Shown: positions 1-8,146 of the stretch, in pieces
How positions within the stretch are numbered: position 1 is the stretch's first letter
Layout of the letters: every line of letters starts with the position of its first letter
Source: a virus
Lineage: Duplodnaviria > Caudoviricetes
Virus record (IMG/VR): IMGVR_UViG_3300024520_000072
Span: 1 to 61,647 of that record
Strand: one strand, 5' to 3'
DNA length: 61,647 bases
Program-made: the position numbers and the translations under genes
The notes under the pieces: model-generated
Database searches by the model: none
The model's input: only the letters and a program-made list of their open reading frames with translations
What the model was told of the DNA's origin: nothing

Positions 1-7
1 CGGCACT

Positions 8-133
8 TCCGGACAAGGCGGACGGCCTCCCCCAAGTTAGCTCCGACGATGGCGACGTCTCGCGGCGAGCGCCAGGGCGGGCAGACAGACGGCGAGGCTC
101 AGTAGCTCTCCGGGCTCGGGGAGTGGATGCACG
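8..133. repeat. Terminal direct repeat, left copy (126 bp)
   Basis: Identical to 61522..61647; indicates a circular contig with a 61,514-bp unit length. Confidence 0.95.
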
Positions 134-714
134 CGAACCTCCCGCGGGCCCACGGCGCTGGCCGTGGCCTGGACGGCGCAGTCTCCATATTGATCTAGGA
201 GGAACACCTCGACGTCCTCCTTGTAGAGTCCGACGGTCCACCCCTCGTCGGCGAGCGGATCGATCCTAAATGTCACGCGCGTCTCCGCGGTCCCGTTGAC
301 CGAGACCGTCCCGTCGTAGAGGTTCAGGAGATCACACTGGAGCACAGTGTCGCAGTGGGAGCAGCCCGCCGGGTAGGTGTATTCCTCGTATGTCGTGCAT
401 CCCGTCGGAGCTTCTGGCGCCTGACCGATTCCGTTGACCGCCTCCAGGGCCATCTGGAACGACGGGAAGGCGGCCGTAGCTGTGACCTGGCAGACGTCCT
501 CCACCCCAGCGAACTCGCCGACGTCTAGATAGAAGTCGACCGTCTCGCCTCGCCTCGGCCGGCCGTGTGCGTAGACGTAGCCGGACACCTCCTCGCACGA
601 TTCGATGGCGTCGTTGCATAGCGACAACGTGTAGGCCGCTCCCCACGCGGGGCCGGCGAGCAATAGCCCCGCAACGATCGCCGTCGCGAGGGTGGTCCAT
701 TTCGGTCCTTTCAT
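37..714 (-). CDS. PEP-CTERM sorting-domain protein, Cys-rich, secreted
   Basis: Signal peptide (MKGPKWTTLATAIVAGLLLAGPAWG); C-terminal LPEP + hydrophobic helix + RRRHRRS; RBS AAGGAG. Confidence 0.85.
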   Translation of the reverse strand: MKGPKWTTLATAIVAGLLLAGPAWGAAYTLSLCNDAIESCEEVSGYVYAHGRPRRGETVDFYLDVGEFAGVEDVCQVTATAAFPSFQMALEAVNGIGQAPEAPTGCTTYEEYTYPAGCSHCDTVLQCDLLNLYDGTVSVNGTAETRVTFRIDPLADEGWTVGLYKEDVEVFLLDQYGDCAVQATASAVGPREVRVHPLPEPGELLSLAVCLPALALAARRRHRRS

Positions 715-727
715 CTCGTTCTCCTTT

Positions 728-961
728 TCAGTCGGGATTGATGCCCAGGAGCTTGACCTGAGCCTCTCCGAGCCCGTCGACGTGGACGGTCACAGTGTCA
801 TCCGGGGCGAGCGCGCCCTGGGTGCTCTCCAGGATCATCCCCAGGTGGTGCGTCGCGGCGAGGTCTGCCGCGTTCTCGGCCTCATGGGGGGACATCTCCT
901 CCGTCGGGACCTCGTCCTCCAGGCTCTCGACCTCGAACCAGACGGGGATCGATACTCTCAC
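728..961 (-). CDS. Small acidic hypothetical protein (77 aa)
   Basis: GTG start overlaps the upstream stop (GTGA); 16 D/E vs 2 K/R. Confidence 0.65.
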   Translation of the reverse strand: MRVSIPVWFEVESLEDEVPTEEMSPHEAENAADLAATHHLGMILESTQGALAPDDTVTVHVDGLGEAQVKLLGINPD

Positions 962-1266
962 GAGGCGATCCGCTGCGCCGTCTCGATGTTGCGGGCGGCC
1001 CGGTCCTCCAGGTCCTCGATCCAGGCCTGGGCCTCGAAGAGGATCTCGCGCATCGAGGCTCCGAAGCGCCAGACGCGGCGGCGGCCTGCCCGGATCCAGA
1101 GCCCCGGACTTGTGCCGGCGAAGTAGAGGATCAGAGAGTTCGCGTCGGCGGCGATCAGCGCGGTGCGGCCGACTGCGATGATCGCGAGCCCGTCTTCTGC
1201 GACGATCTCGACGGGGGAGGCCTGTCTCTCCGTGACGATCTCGACAGGGGCGACTTGCTTCTTCAT
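958..1266 (-). CDS. Hypothetical protein
   Basis: RBS AGGAGACGCCGCC-ATG; coupled to the next gene. Confidence 0.75.
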   Translation of the reverse strand: MKKQVAPVEIVTERQASPVEIVAEDGLAIIAVGRTALIAADANSLILYFAGTSPGLWIRAGRRRVWRFGASMREILFEAQAWIEDLEDRAARNIETAQRIAS

Positions 1267-1291
1267 GGCGGCGTCTCCTTCGTGCGTAGTG

Positions 1292-1321
1292 ACTCTGCCA
1301 CGGATCCCGGACCCTTGTCCA
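1292..1321 (-). promoter_or_regulatory. Putative sigma70-like promoter TGGACA-N18-CAGAGT (TG-extended)
   Basis: Intergenic, upstream of the 1266 operon; same architecture as the sites at 8783, 10751 and 13332. Confidence 0.4.
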
Positions 1322-1358
1322 GGAAAATCGCAGGCAGAGAGGGGAGTTTAGCTCGGTC

Positions 1359-1853
1359 CTATGTCGCATCCTGTAGCCGGTCCAGGGCGTTGCTCGGGGT
1401 GTCTGCGGGTCGAGAATCCTCGGACCTTTCGTGGATGTCCACTCCGCCGATCTGGCCGATCCAGCCCTCCGGCGGGAGTGGCACACGGCCGAGCCCGAGA
1501 ATGGCCGGGAAGGTCTTCCCGATCTTCCGGATCGCGGCGGCGGTCGCCTCGCCGACGATCATCTCGGCCGGGCGGTGTTCGGCGTTCCTGGCCAGGATCG
1601 AGATCCCGTGCTCGATCGTGTGGATCAGGTCGATCACGTCGGCGGCGTCCGGCGTCCGGGTGGACTGGCTCTCCAGGAACGTCAGCTCAGCCAGGGCCTC
1701 GAAGTAGTGCTCGTCTCGGTGGGCGACCTCCAGGACTTCGAGCCGTGCTCTGGCGAGCCGTAGCTTCGCGCGCCGATGCTGGTCGGAGGTGCAGAGGGCT
1801 ATCTCCCGGTCGCTGGAGACGATCTCCCCGCAGATACAGGTCGGGGGGCTCAT
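1359..1853 (-). CDS. Hypothetical protein
   Basis: ORF with AAGGAG RBS, N-terminal CxC. Confidence 0.65.
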   Translation of the reverse strand: MSPPTCICGEIVSSDREIALCTSDQHRRAKLRLARARLEVLEVAHRDEHYFEALAELTFLESQSTRTPDAADVIDLIHTIEHGISILARNAEHRPAEMIVGEATAAAIRKIGKTFPAILGLGRVPLPPEGWIGQIGGVDIHERSEDSRPADTPSNALDRLQDAT

Positions 1854-2113
1854 GTCTGGCGCTCCTTCTGGTAGGGCCGTGGAGGCCGGGGGTCTGTCCC
1901 GCAGTCGCCAGTGGATGCCGGGTCGGACTTACTCCTGCGGGTTCGTGCCGTGGCTCTGGCGACCTTACCCGCTCTGGTCGATGTGGCTCTGACTACTCCC
2001 CGACCCCTCCGATCACCTGGCCCTCTGGTTGGACGTGGAGGGGGAAGGCCTCCGGCCACTCAGCCGCCGGCCCCTCCCGGCCTGGGTCCTCCAGGCCGAG
2101 ATCCCCATGAGGT

Positions 2114-3205
2114 CTAGCGCTTCACGCGCTCCTTCAGTCGCTTGTAGACCAGGGCCTTTCGCTCGGCGCCGGCTCCGACCCAGGAGGACTGGACGGCCTT
2201 CGCGGCCCGCTTGCCCTTCTCGATCTTGCCCTTGACGTGGTCCAGATCGAAGTGGTCGAAGTATTCCGTGAACGCCGCGACCGCGTCATAGAGGGAGTCG
2301 CCCTCGTTCCCGATCCCGCTCTGGAATCGGCCGGTCACGTTCGCGACCTTGTTCTCCATGATCGTCTTCGAGCGGTCCGTGGCCTCCTCGTAGAACTTCG
2401 CCGTCGCCTCTTCGATCTCTTCCGGCGTGCCGTCCAGGCCCAGGAAGATCGAGGTCGCGAAGTCGATGAACTCGCCCGTCGTGATCGCGGACTGGGCCAT
2501 CTCCTGGAGCATGGCTCGGCGCTCTCCGGCCTGGTTGTCGATCTCCCGGATCGCGACGGCGGCGAGTTCGAGGTTCGCCTGGATGTCGCCGCGGTGGGGG
2601 ATCCGGAAGACCAGATTCTGGCCCTCGGCTCGGGAGTCGGCGAAGCCGGCCGTGTTCGCGCAGACCACGGTCACGTCCGTCGCCATGAGGGAGATTCCGA
2701 TGTCCCCGGTGTGGCCCAGCATGGCGAGGAGGAACGCCCGGTGCTCGCTCTCGGCGCCGCTCCGTCGGGTCACGGTCCAGGACGTGGGCGTCTGAGCCAT
2801 GATCCAGACCCGCTTCCCACCTTCCAGGGAGCCGGCCGTGTGGTAGAGGAGCTGGCCGTCCGCCACGAGGCCGTCCAGGAACTCGAAGGCCTGGGCGTTC
2901 TGGAACTCCTCATAGGAGTCCGTGCATCGGCCCAGGACGGCGCCGTCGGTGGAGCGGATCAGGAAGCGCTCACCCACGGCCTCGCGCCAGATCGGGTTAC
3001 CGTCGACGTCCAGGGTGCTCCGGTCCTGGAAGGCGCTCTTCGTCTTCAGGGCCATCCAGTCCAGGCCGCTCACCTTCATCGCGACGTCTGACGAGACGGC
3101 GTTCTCGCCCAGGTCGATCCCGATCGCCTCTCCCTGGATGGAACTACCGTACCACCAGGGCTTCCTGGTTCCGGCGAAGATCATCTTCTCGACGTTGTGG
3201 CTCAT
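2114..3205 (-). CDS. DUF932 / TIGR03299-like phage-plasmid protein
   Basis: MSHNVE...PW, YEEFQN..AF.FLD, TAGSLEGGKRVW, VVCANT motifs; RBS AGGAG before ATG 3205. Confidence 0.85.
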   Translation of the reverse strand: MSHNVEKMIFAGTRKPWWYGSSIQGEAIGIDLGENAVSSDVAMKVSGLDWMALKTKSAFQDRSTLDVDGNPIWREAVGERFLIRSTDGAVLGRCTDSYEEFQNAQAFEFLDGLVADGQLLYHTAGSLEGGKRVWIMAQTPTSWTVTRRSGAESEHRAFLLAMLGHTGDIGISLMATDVTVVCANTAGFADSRAEGQNLVFRIPHRGDIQANLELAAVAIREIDNQAGERRAMLQEMAQSAITTGEFIDFATSIFLGLDGTPEEIEEATAKFYEEATDRSKTIMENKVANVTGRFQSGIGNEGDSLYDAVAAFTEYFDHFDLDHVKGKIEKGKRAAKAVQSSWVGAGAERKALVYKRLKERVKR

Positions 3206-3254
3206 GGGGGTCGTTCTCCTATCGGGGGCGGGATGCCCCTCGCTGCTGGGGATC

Positions 3255-3293
3255 GTATCGGCCGCCCGCTGGAGGGCTTGAGACTTTTCTTCG
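3255..3293 (-). promoter_or_regulatory. sigma28/FliA-like promoter TCAAG-N14-GCCGATAC with upstream CGAAGAAAAGTC box
   Basis: Matches the FliA consensus and spacing; lies upstream of the DUF932 gene. Confidence 0.7.
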
Positions 3294-3333
3294 TCCTGGG
3301 GAGTGGCCCAGGGCATCTAGAAGGTGACGATCT

Positions 3334-3657
3334 TCAGTTCCAGGGCTTCTCCATGTAGTCCTCGCCGAAGAACTCGGCGGCGATCTCGCAGAGCGCCATC
3401 CCCCAGAACTGATTCGAGGGAGGCTCCCATGAGGCCTGCCAGCGCTTGTGGCACTCCCCGGCGATGTAGCGCCAGGAGCCATGGACCTCGCCCTCGCAGT
3501 CGATCCGTAGATGGCGGACCTCCTGGCAGCGGGCCGGCGTCATGACGTCGCGGAGGGCGAGGACCGCGTCCTGGTAGCCCTTTCTGGCGAGCCTCGCGAG
3601 AGCCTCTAGGTGCTCCGCGGTCTCGATCCGGACGAGGCCGGTCGTCTCCTCTCTCAT
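3334..3657 (-). CDS. Hypothetical protein
   Basis: ATGA-coupled to the upstream ORF. Confidence 0.65.
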   Translation of the reverse strand: MREETTGLVRIETAEHLEALARLARKGYQDAVLALRDVMTPARCQEVRHLRIDCEGEVHGSWRYIAGECHKRWQASWEPPSNQFWGMALCEIAAEFFGEDYMEKPWN

Positions 3658-4025
3658 GATCCCAGATCCAGTAGCCGGCGATTGCGGACGAAGGCCGGGT
3701 TCCGGTATTGCCGGACCGTCGCCTCCAGGGCCTCGATGATCTCCTGGGCGTCCTGGGCAGACGTGGCCGTCCTGATCGCGTTCTCCTCCCGGTTCCACAT
3801 GAGGAAGAGCGCTCGGATGTCCTGGGCGGCGTGGAAGAGGATCGTCTCCCTCGTCTCATCCATGACCCAGGCCGTCTTCGCGGCGTCGGGGAACTGGGGC
3901 TCCACCTCGTCGAGGGGGACCCAGTAGCGGCCGTCCGATGTCTTGATCGCGGTCGTGAAGTGGCGAGAGGACGGGAAACGGGCGTGCAGCTTCCCGACCC
4001 CCGTGACGATGACCTCATCACTCAT
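3654..4025 (-). CDS. Hypothetical protein
   Basis: Coupled ORF within an operon; GGAGG RBS. Confidence 0.7.
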   Translation of the reverse strand: MSDEVIVTGVGKLHARFPSSRHFTTAIKTSDGRYWVPLDEVEPQFPDAAKTAWVMDETRETILFHAAQDIRALFLMWNREENAIRTATSAQDAQEIIEALEATVRQYRNPAFVRNRRLLDLGS

Positions 4026-4404
4026 AGGGTTCGGCCTCCCATTCGATCCTGTCGTCGAAGACCGACTTGCGCTCGACGATCCGGCCTCGGCGGACGTGGT
4101 CGCTGGGCGCCTTTGCTGATCGGGCCACCTCGGCGGTCGGATAGGACGTCTTACTGATCGGGGCCCCGAGCACGCTGAAGAGCCCGAAGCGATACTCCGG
4201 CGCGGGCTCCTCCTTCCCGATCAGGCGGTCCGCCCAGTCGTTCGCGAGGCTCTCCACCTGAGGGCTGGAGAACACGGGCTTCCGGTGCTGTCTCTCCTCG
4301 CCTTCGACGTGGTCCTCCAGGATCCTCTCGATCGTGCCGCTCGGGAGGTGCTCCCGGGTCAGGATGCAGAGGAAGATCAGGAGGCGCTCTCTGGGGGTTC
4401 TCAT
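4018..4404 (-). CDS. Hypothetical protein
   Basis: MRTPRERLL start, ATGA-coupled. Confidence 0.65.
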   Translation of the reverse strand: MRTPRERLLIFLCILTREHLPSGTIERILEDHVEGEERQHRKPVFSSPQVESLANDWADRLIGKEEPAPEYRFGLFSVLGAPISKTSYPTAEVARSAKAPSDHVRRGRIVERKSVFDDRIEWEAEPYE

Positions 4405-4664
4405 GTCGGCTCGGGCTCCTCTGGGTCGTCGATCGTGTGGCCTCGCTCCATCCGGACGACTAGCTCCTTCAGGACCCGGACGACCTCGGACTCCTCGACG
4501 GAGGAGACGAAGCGGGCGAAGCCCGGGGGCTCTGGCGTGAAGACGACGAGGACGTAACTCGCGCCGGCCCGGCGGAAGATCGGGTCCATCCCGGCCTGTA
4601 GCTCGTTGCCGAGCTGGATCATCTTGGCGCGCTGGGCGCCGATCTCGTCGGGCTCGTTCCCCAT
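4401..4664 (-). CDS. Hypothetical protein
   Basis: AGGAGACGCCGCC-ATG start at 4664. Confidence 0.7.
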   Translation of the reverse strand: MGNEPDEIGAQRAKMIQLGNELQAGMDPIFRRAGASYVLVVFTPEPPGFARFVSSVEESEVVRVLKELVVRMERGHTIDDPEEPEPT

Positions 4665-4716
4665 GGCGGCGTCTCCTCCGCCCCATATTGCCACGGATCG
4701 GGGCGGAGGTGGTGGA

Positions 4717-4878
4717 CTATTTCGCCGCGCTCTCCATCTCCGCAAGATGTTCCCGAGCGGCCAGCGGGGCGTCGTTCAGGATCGCGTAGTCCTGGAGCGC
4801 CAGATGGCGGACGCCGGGCATGAGGTCCTCGATCACTCGGAGGAGGTCCTCGATCACCTTCTTCGTGTCGTGCTTCAT
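4717..4878 (-). CDS. Small hypothetical protein (53 aa)
   Basis: AAGGAGAACGCG-ATG start. Confidence 0.65.
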   Translation of the reverse strand: MKHDTKKVIEDLLRVIEDLMPGVRHLALQDYAILNDAPLAAREHLAEMESAAK

Positions 4879-4901
4879 CGCGTTCTCCTTCCCGCGCTCC
4901 T

Positions 4902-5030
4902 CTAGAAGCGCTCGTCGTCGGTCGCCTCGAAGGCGCCGTCCGGGATGATCTCGTCGAGACCCAGCTCCTGGCACTCGGCGAGGAGCGCCGCCACTTCCGG
5001 GTCGATCTCTTCGAGGTTTCGGTCGGTCAT
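4902..5030 (-). CDS. Very acidic 42-aa protein (absent from the ORF track)
   Basis: MTDRNLEEIDPEVAALLAECQELGLDEIIPDGAFEATDDERF; directly after a promoter motif. Confidence 0.6.
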   Translation of the reverse strand: MTDRNLEEIDPEVAALLAECQELGLDEIIPDGAFEATDDERF

Positions 5031-5037
5031 AGTTCTC

Positions 5038-5086
5038 TCTTCGGCGAGACGGCGACGGACCTGAGGCCCCGGGAGACTTTTCTTCG
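5038..5086 (-). promoter_or_regulatory. sigma28-like promoter TCAGG-N14-GCCGAAGA with CGAAGAAAAGTC box
   Basis: Same spacing as the other copies; -10 ends 7 nt before ATG 5030 (possibly leaderless). Confidence 0.55.
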
Positions 5087-5123
5087 CCTCCTCGTGGACC
5101 TCAGGCCCTCCTCGCGAGAAAGT

Positions 5124-5417
5124 TCAGGCCGTCGAGGAGACGATCCGGCGGCACTCCGGGCAGAGGCCAGCGTCGTCGGCCGCCTTCTGGTTCTTCTTCG
5201 CCTTCACTTCGGCCAGAGTCCAATCCGCCAGAGTTATCTCCGCCCCACAGAGCGTCTCCGCCTTCCGCTCGCCCTTGTCCCGGTAGAACTTATTCCCGCG
5301 CCGGGCTCTGGGCTTCTGGCGGACGTGGCCCATCGTGGCGGCCAGCCCAGCGGCCTCCTCCGCCTTCCGCGCTGCGTCTGCGGCGACGAACTCCTCGACG
5401 GTCATCCGGGCAGCCAC
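5124..5417 (-). CDS. Hypothetical protein, possible Zn-binding (H...C...CPEC)
   Basis: Contiguous with the upstream gene. Confidence 0.65.
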   Translation of the reverse strand: MAARMTVEEFVAADAARKAEEAAGLAATMGHVRQKPRARRGNKFYRDKGERKAETLCGAEITLADWTLAEVKAKKNQKAADDAGLCPECRRIVSSTA

Positions 5418-5418
5418 C

Positions 5419-5733
5419 CTAGAAGCCGAGGCGCTTGAGGTCGGCGTTCAGGCACCGACCCCGGACCTTGATCTCCGAGGAGACGTAGGACTTCTGGTTG
5501 ACGTCCCGCTTGATCTCGGGGCGCGTGAAGACGACTCCAGCGTTGATCGCACGAGCCAGACGCTCGGCCAGGTCGCGCTTCTGGCCCAGGACGAAGCCGA
5601 CGCCCTGGGGCCGGTCCAGGTTCAGAAGACTGTAGGCCGTCCAGCGCGTCTCGACCTGCCAGCCCGGCTTCATGCCGGCGGCGGCCTCGTCGGGCCTGGG
5701 GGTGTAACGGGTGACGGTCGCGTGAGCTTGCAT
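5419..5733 (-). CDS. Hypothetical protein
   Basis: AGGAG RBS; operon context. Confidence 0.7.
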   Translation of the reverse strand: MQAHATVTRYTPRPDEAAAGMKPGWQVETRWTAYSLLNLDRPQGVGFVLGQKRDLAERLARAINAGVVFTRPEIKRDVNQKSYVSSEIKVRGRCLNADLKRLGF

Positions 5734-5736
5734 GGT

Positions 5737-5871
5737 CTACTCCTGGATCCGCTCGATCTGGTCAGAGCCGATCGAGTCAATTGAGGGGGACAGCTCCCAG
5801 CTTTCGAGCATCGGGACGGCCGCGCTCAGCAGGGCGACGACGATGGCGACGAAGATCAGCAGGTTTTTCAT
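5737..5871 (-). CDS. 44-aa secreted or membrane peptide (absent from the ORF track)
   Basis: MKNLLIFVAIVVALLSAAVP...; AAGGAGAACGAG-ATG. Confidence 0.65.
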   Translation of the reverse strand: MKNLLIFVAIVVALLSAAVPMLESWELSPSIDSIGSDQIERIQE

Positions 5872-5898
5872 CTCGTTCTCCTTCAGGGCTCCCTACAC

Positions 5899-5947
5899 GT
5901 ATCGGCGAGCCTCGGAGGAGCTTGAGGGTTTCGGGGACTTTTCTTCG
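5899..5947 (-). promoter_or_regulatory. sigma28/FliA-like promoter TCAAG-N14-GCCGATAC with CGAAGAAAAGTC box
   Basis: Consensus match; intergenic. Confidence 0.7.
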
Positions 5948-5962
5948 GGGTGACGAACTTTG

Positions 5963-6388
5963 TCACTCCAGGAGCGGCTCCATCCTGCGGCCACGAGCGA
6001 GGGCCTCCAGGACGGCCTCCGGGAGGACCAGCTCTGAGTGGTCCATCGCGTCGAGGAGCCTGAGAGCCGCTGAGACGTCCGACTGGGTGCAGAGGTAGAA
6101 GGCCATGTGGCGGCAGTCGATCGCGTCCTGGCGAAGCTCGTCGACCCTGTCCTGGCCGATCCCGGCCTCCTTCGCCTCCCGGCCCTTCTGGAGGGCGGCC
6201 TGTTCCAGGAGGAGGGCGAACTCTCCGAGCTTCCTGGAGTGGGACTCCTCCACCTCGTCGGCCATCTCCTGGGCGCGGGCCAGGAAGTCCACCAGCGTCT
6301 CGTCTGGCCTGGGGTGGGCGACGACCGCGTTCCCGTTCAGGTCGTAGCCCAGGTGGATCGGCCGCGGGTTCTCGATCGGTCCGCTCAT
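5963..6388 (-). CDS. Hypothetical protein
   Basis: MSGPIENPR start, ATGA-coupled. Confidence 0.65.
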   Translation of the reverse strand: MSGPIENPRPIHLGYDLNGNAVVAHPRPDETLVDFLARAQEMADEVEESHSRKLGEFALLLEQAALQKGREAKEAGIGQDRVDELRQDAIDCRHMAFYLCTQSDVSAALRLLDAMDHSELVLPEAVLEALARGRRMEPLLE

Positions 6389-6768
6389 GAGTCGCTCCCC
6401 TGGTTCGCGGCGCTCCACTCCTGCTGCTCCAGGTGGCCGGCGGCGAGAGACGCGGAGTAGGCCTGCCGATCGCACTCGTCGGACGCCTTGAAGTCGCCGG
6501 CCGATCGATGTCGGAGCGCGGAGGCGCGCAGCGCATCGCGGGCGGCGTGTAGGGCCTTGAGGGCTGGGCTCTCCTTCGGGCTCCCGCTCGCGATGTGGGC
6601 CGAGAATTCCGCCTCGTCCATGAGGGGCGTCCCTGCCCCACACGAGCCGCAGAGCGCGAAGCTCTCCCCGTCCACGTTGACCAGGAGGAACTCCTTCCCG
6701 TCCTGGATCAGGTCCGGACAGCGGTCGCAGCTCGTCCCGCTCAGCTTTCCGTAGCCGAAGATCATCAT
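6385..6768 (-). CDS. Hypothetical Zn-ribbon protein
   Basis: CDRC...CGSC. Confidence 0.7.
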   Translation of the reverse strand: MMIFGYGKLSGTSCDRCPDLIQDGKEFLLVNVDGESFALCGSCGAGTPLMDEAEFSAHIASGSPKESPALKALHAARDALRASALRHRSAGDFKASDECDRQAYSASLAAGHLEQQEWSAANQGSDS

Positions 6769-6932
6769 ACCGGGTCACCTTCCGCGTCCAGCTCGGTCCA
6801 GTAGAACGCGCCCTTCAGGCTGGGCTCTTCAGAGACGGCCATGTCGATCGCGTCCTCGGCCTCCTCCTGGGTCTCGTAGAGGTCCTGGAGTCTCTGGTCG
6901 CAGTAGACTGCAAACTGTCCGGCGATCTCCAT
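6765..6932 (-). CDS. Acidic 55-aa protein (absent from the ORF track)
   Basis: MEIAGQFAVYCDQRLQDLYETQEEAEDAID...; AAGGAGAACGAG-ATG; stop overlaps the next ATG. Confidence 0.7.
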   Translation of the reverse strand: MEIAGQFAVYCDQRLQDLYETQEEAEDAIDMAVSEEPSLKGAFYWTELDAEGDPV

Positions 6933-6963
6933 CTCGTTCTCCTTCTCGTGGGTCCTGAGGCTC

Positions 6964-7000
6964 TTATCGGCGGGCCCTCGGCGGGCTTGAGGACTTTCTC
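6964..7000 (-). promoter_or_regulatory. sigma28/FliA-like promoter TCAAG-N14-GCCGATAA
   Basis: Perfect FliA -10; upstream GAGAAAGTC variant box. Confidence 0.75.
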
Positions 7001-7001
7001 C

Positions 7002-7382
7002 CTATCGCTCTCTCGCAGCGTTCAGCCGGACGACCGTCTCGGTGATCTTCCGGAAGTCCTCGATCGCCTCAGCCGTCCCGACGTTCCCGCACGCCTTCCA
7101 GAGGAGCCTGATCGCGCCGTAGGCGTCGGACGACGTGGCGTCGTACCGGAGCGCCTCGCCCTGCTCCTGGAGGTAGGAGCGGGCCTTGTCGCGCGCCACG
7201 ATCACGGCGTTCGAGAGCCCGGCTCCCTTGGCCGGCCGGCGCTCCGTGGTCCCGCCGTCCTCGCAGCCCGGGTGGACGCCCTTCTCGCCCTTCTTCCACA
7301 TGATCGGGGAGCCCTCCTCGATCTCCTCGCCGCAGACCAGACAGACAGAGTCGTATTTCGCCGTGATTCTCTTCCAGTTCAT
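7002..7382 (-). CDS. Hypothetical protein with N-terminal Zn finger
   Basis: AKYDSVCLVCGEEI...HPGC; GAGGAG RBS. Confidence 0.75.
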   Translation of the reverse strand: MNWKRITAKYDSVCLVCGEEIEEGSPIMWKKGEKGVHPGCEDGGTTERRPAKGAGLSNAVIVARDKARSYLQEQGEALRYDATSSDAYGAIRLLWKACGNVGTAEAIEDFRKITETVVRLNAARER

Positions 7383-8146
7383 CGTCGTCTCCTCGTGGGT
7401 GAGTTCCACTCTACGTCCGGAGGGGTCGCGGTGTTGAGACTTTTCTAGGGATTTCTTACGCTCCACCCAGGGCCCGGTCCGCCCTCGTGTAGAGTGGCGG
7501 TCGGGCAGGTCGCCCACGGGAGGCCGAGCAACCCCTCCCGGAGAAGGTCGCCACGCGATCGGGTGGGCCGGGTTCCACCTCATTTCGACACAAAGGTCGG
7601 CCCGTGACCACCCCCACCCATGACTGAAGCGAGCAGGAAGCGGCGGAGCCTCGCCCAATTCGTGAACGGCCTTCGGCGGCGCCCGGCAGAGCCCGCCGGG
7701 ATTCTTGAGATGGTCTCGTCCGATATCCGTCTCCCGGATCCGTGCCCTGGGTGCGGACACCCGATCGTGTGGGGCGAGATATCCCGGGTCGTCGGGCCTG
7801 GGCCCGCAATTCACAATCGATGCCCGACCGTAAGAAGCGGACGCCGACTGGAATCCCCCTGGAGTGGACCCGTCCGCTGAGAACGAACTGGAGCGCTCCA
7901 GACCCAGCGGAACGAACAGAGACGCCCTGAGAGCCCCTCTCCAGCGCCCGGACCCCTCGAAGCTATGGCCGGAGGGGGCACCCTGAGAAGTCTCGACCTG
8001 GGCGAAATTGCCTATAGATTCCATGTAGTGGGTCGCGTGGGGCTGGAATCTGCGCGGACGGCGGAAGAGTCCGCCCCGGACGGAGACGGTACTTGCCGGC
8101 GCGTGAGGGCGGACAGATGCAGCGGGGACGGAACACGACGGCCGGG

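Noticed and set aside
3255-7000. Repeated intergenic motifs as a degenerate CRISPR array
   Set aside because: Separated by whole genes, irregular spacing, promoter-like structure, no cas genes
7600-7870. Possible tRNA or tmRNA
   Set aside because: No T-loop/acceptor stem or CCA end recognised
7620-7880. Plus-strand 86-aa ORF with CPGC...HNRC
   Set aside because: No RBS and opposite to the local gene direction; cannot be supported, though not excluded
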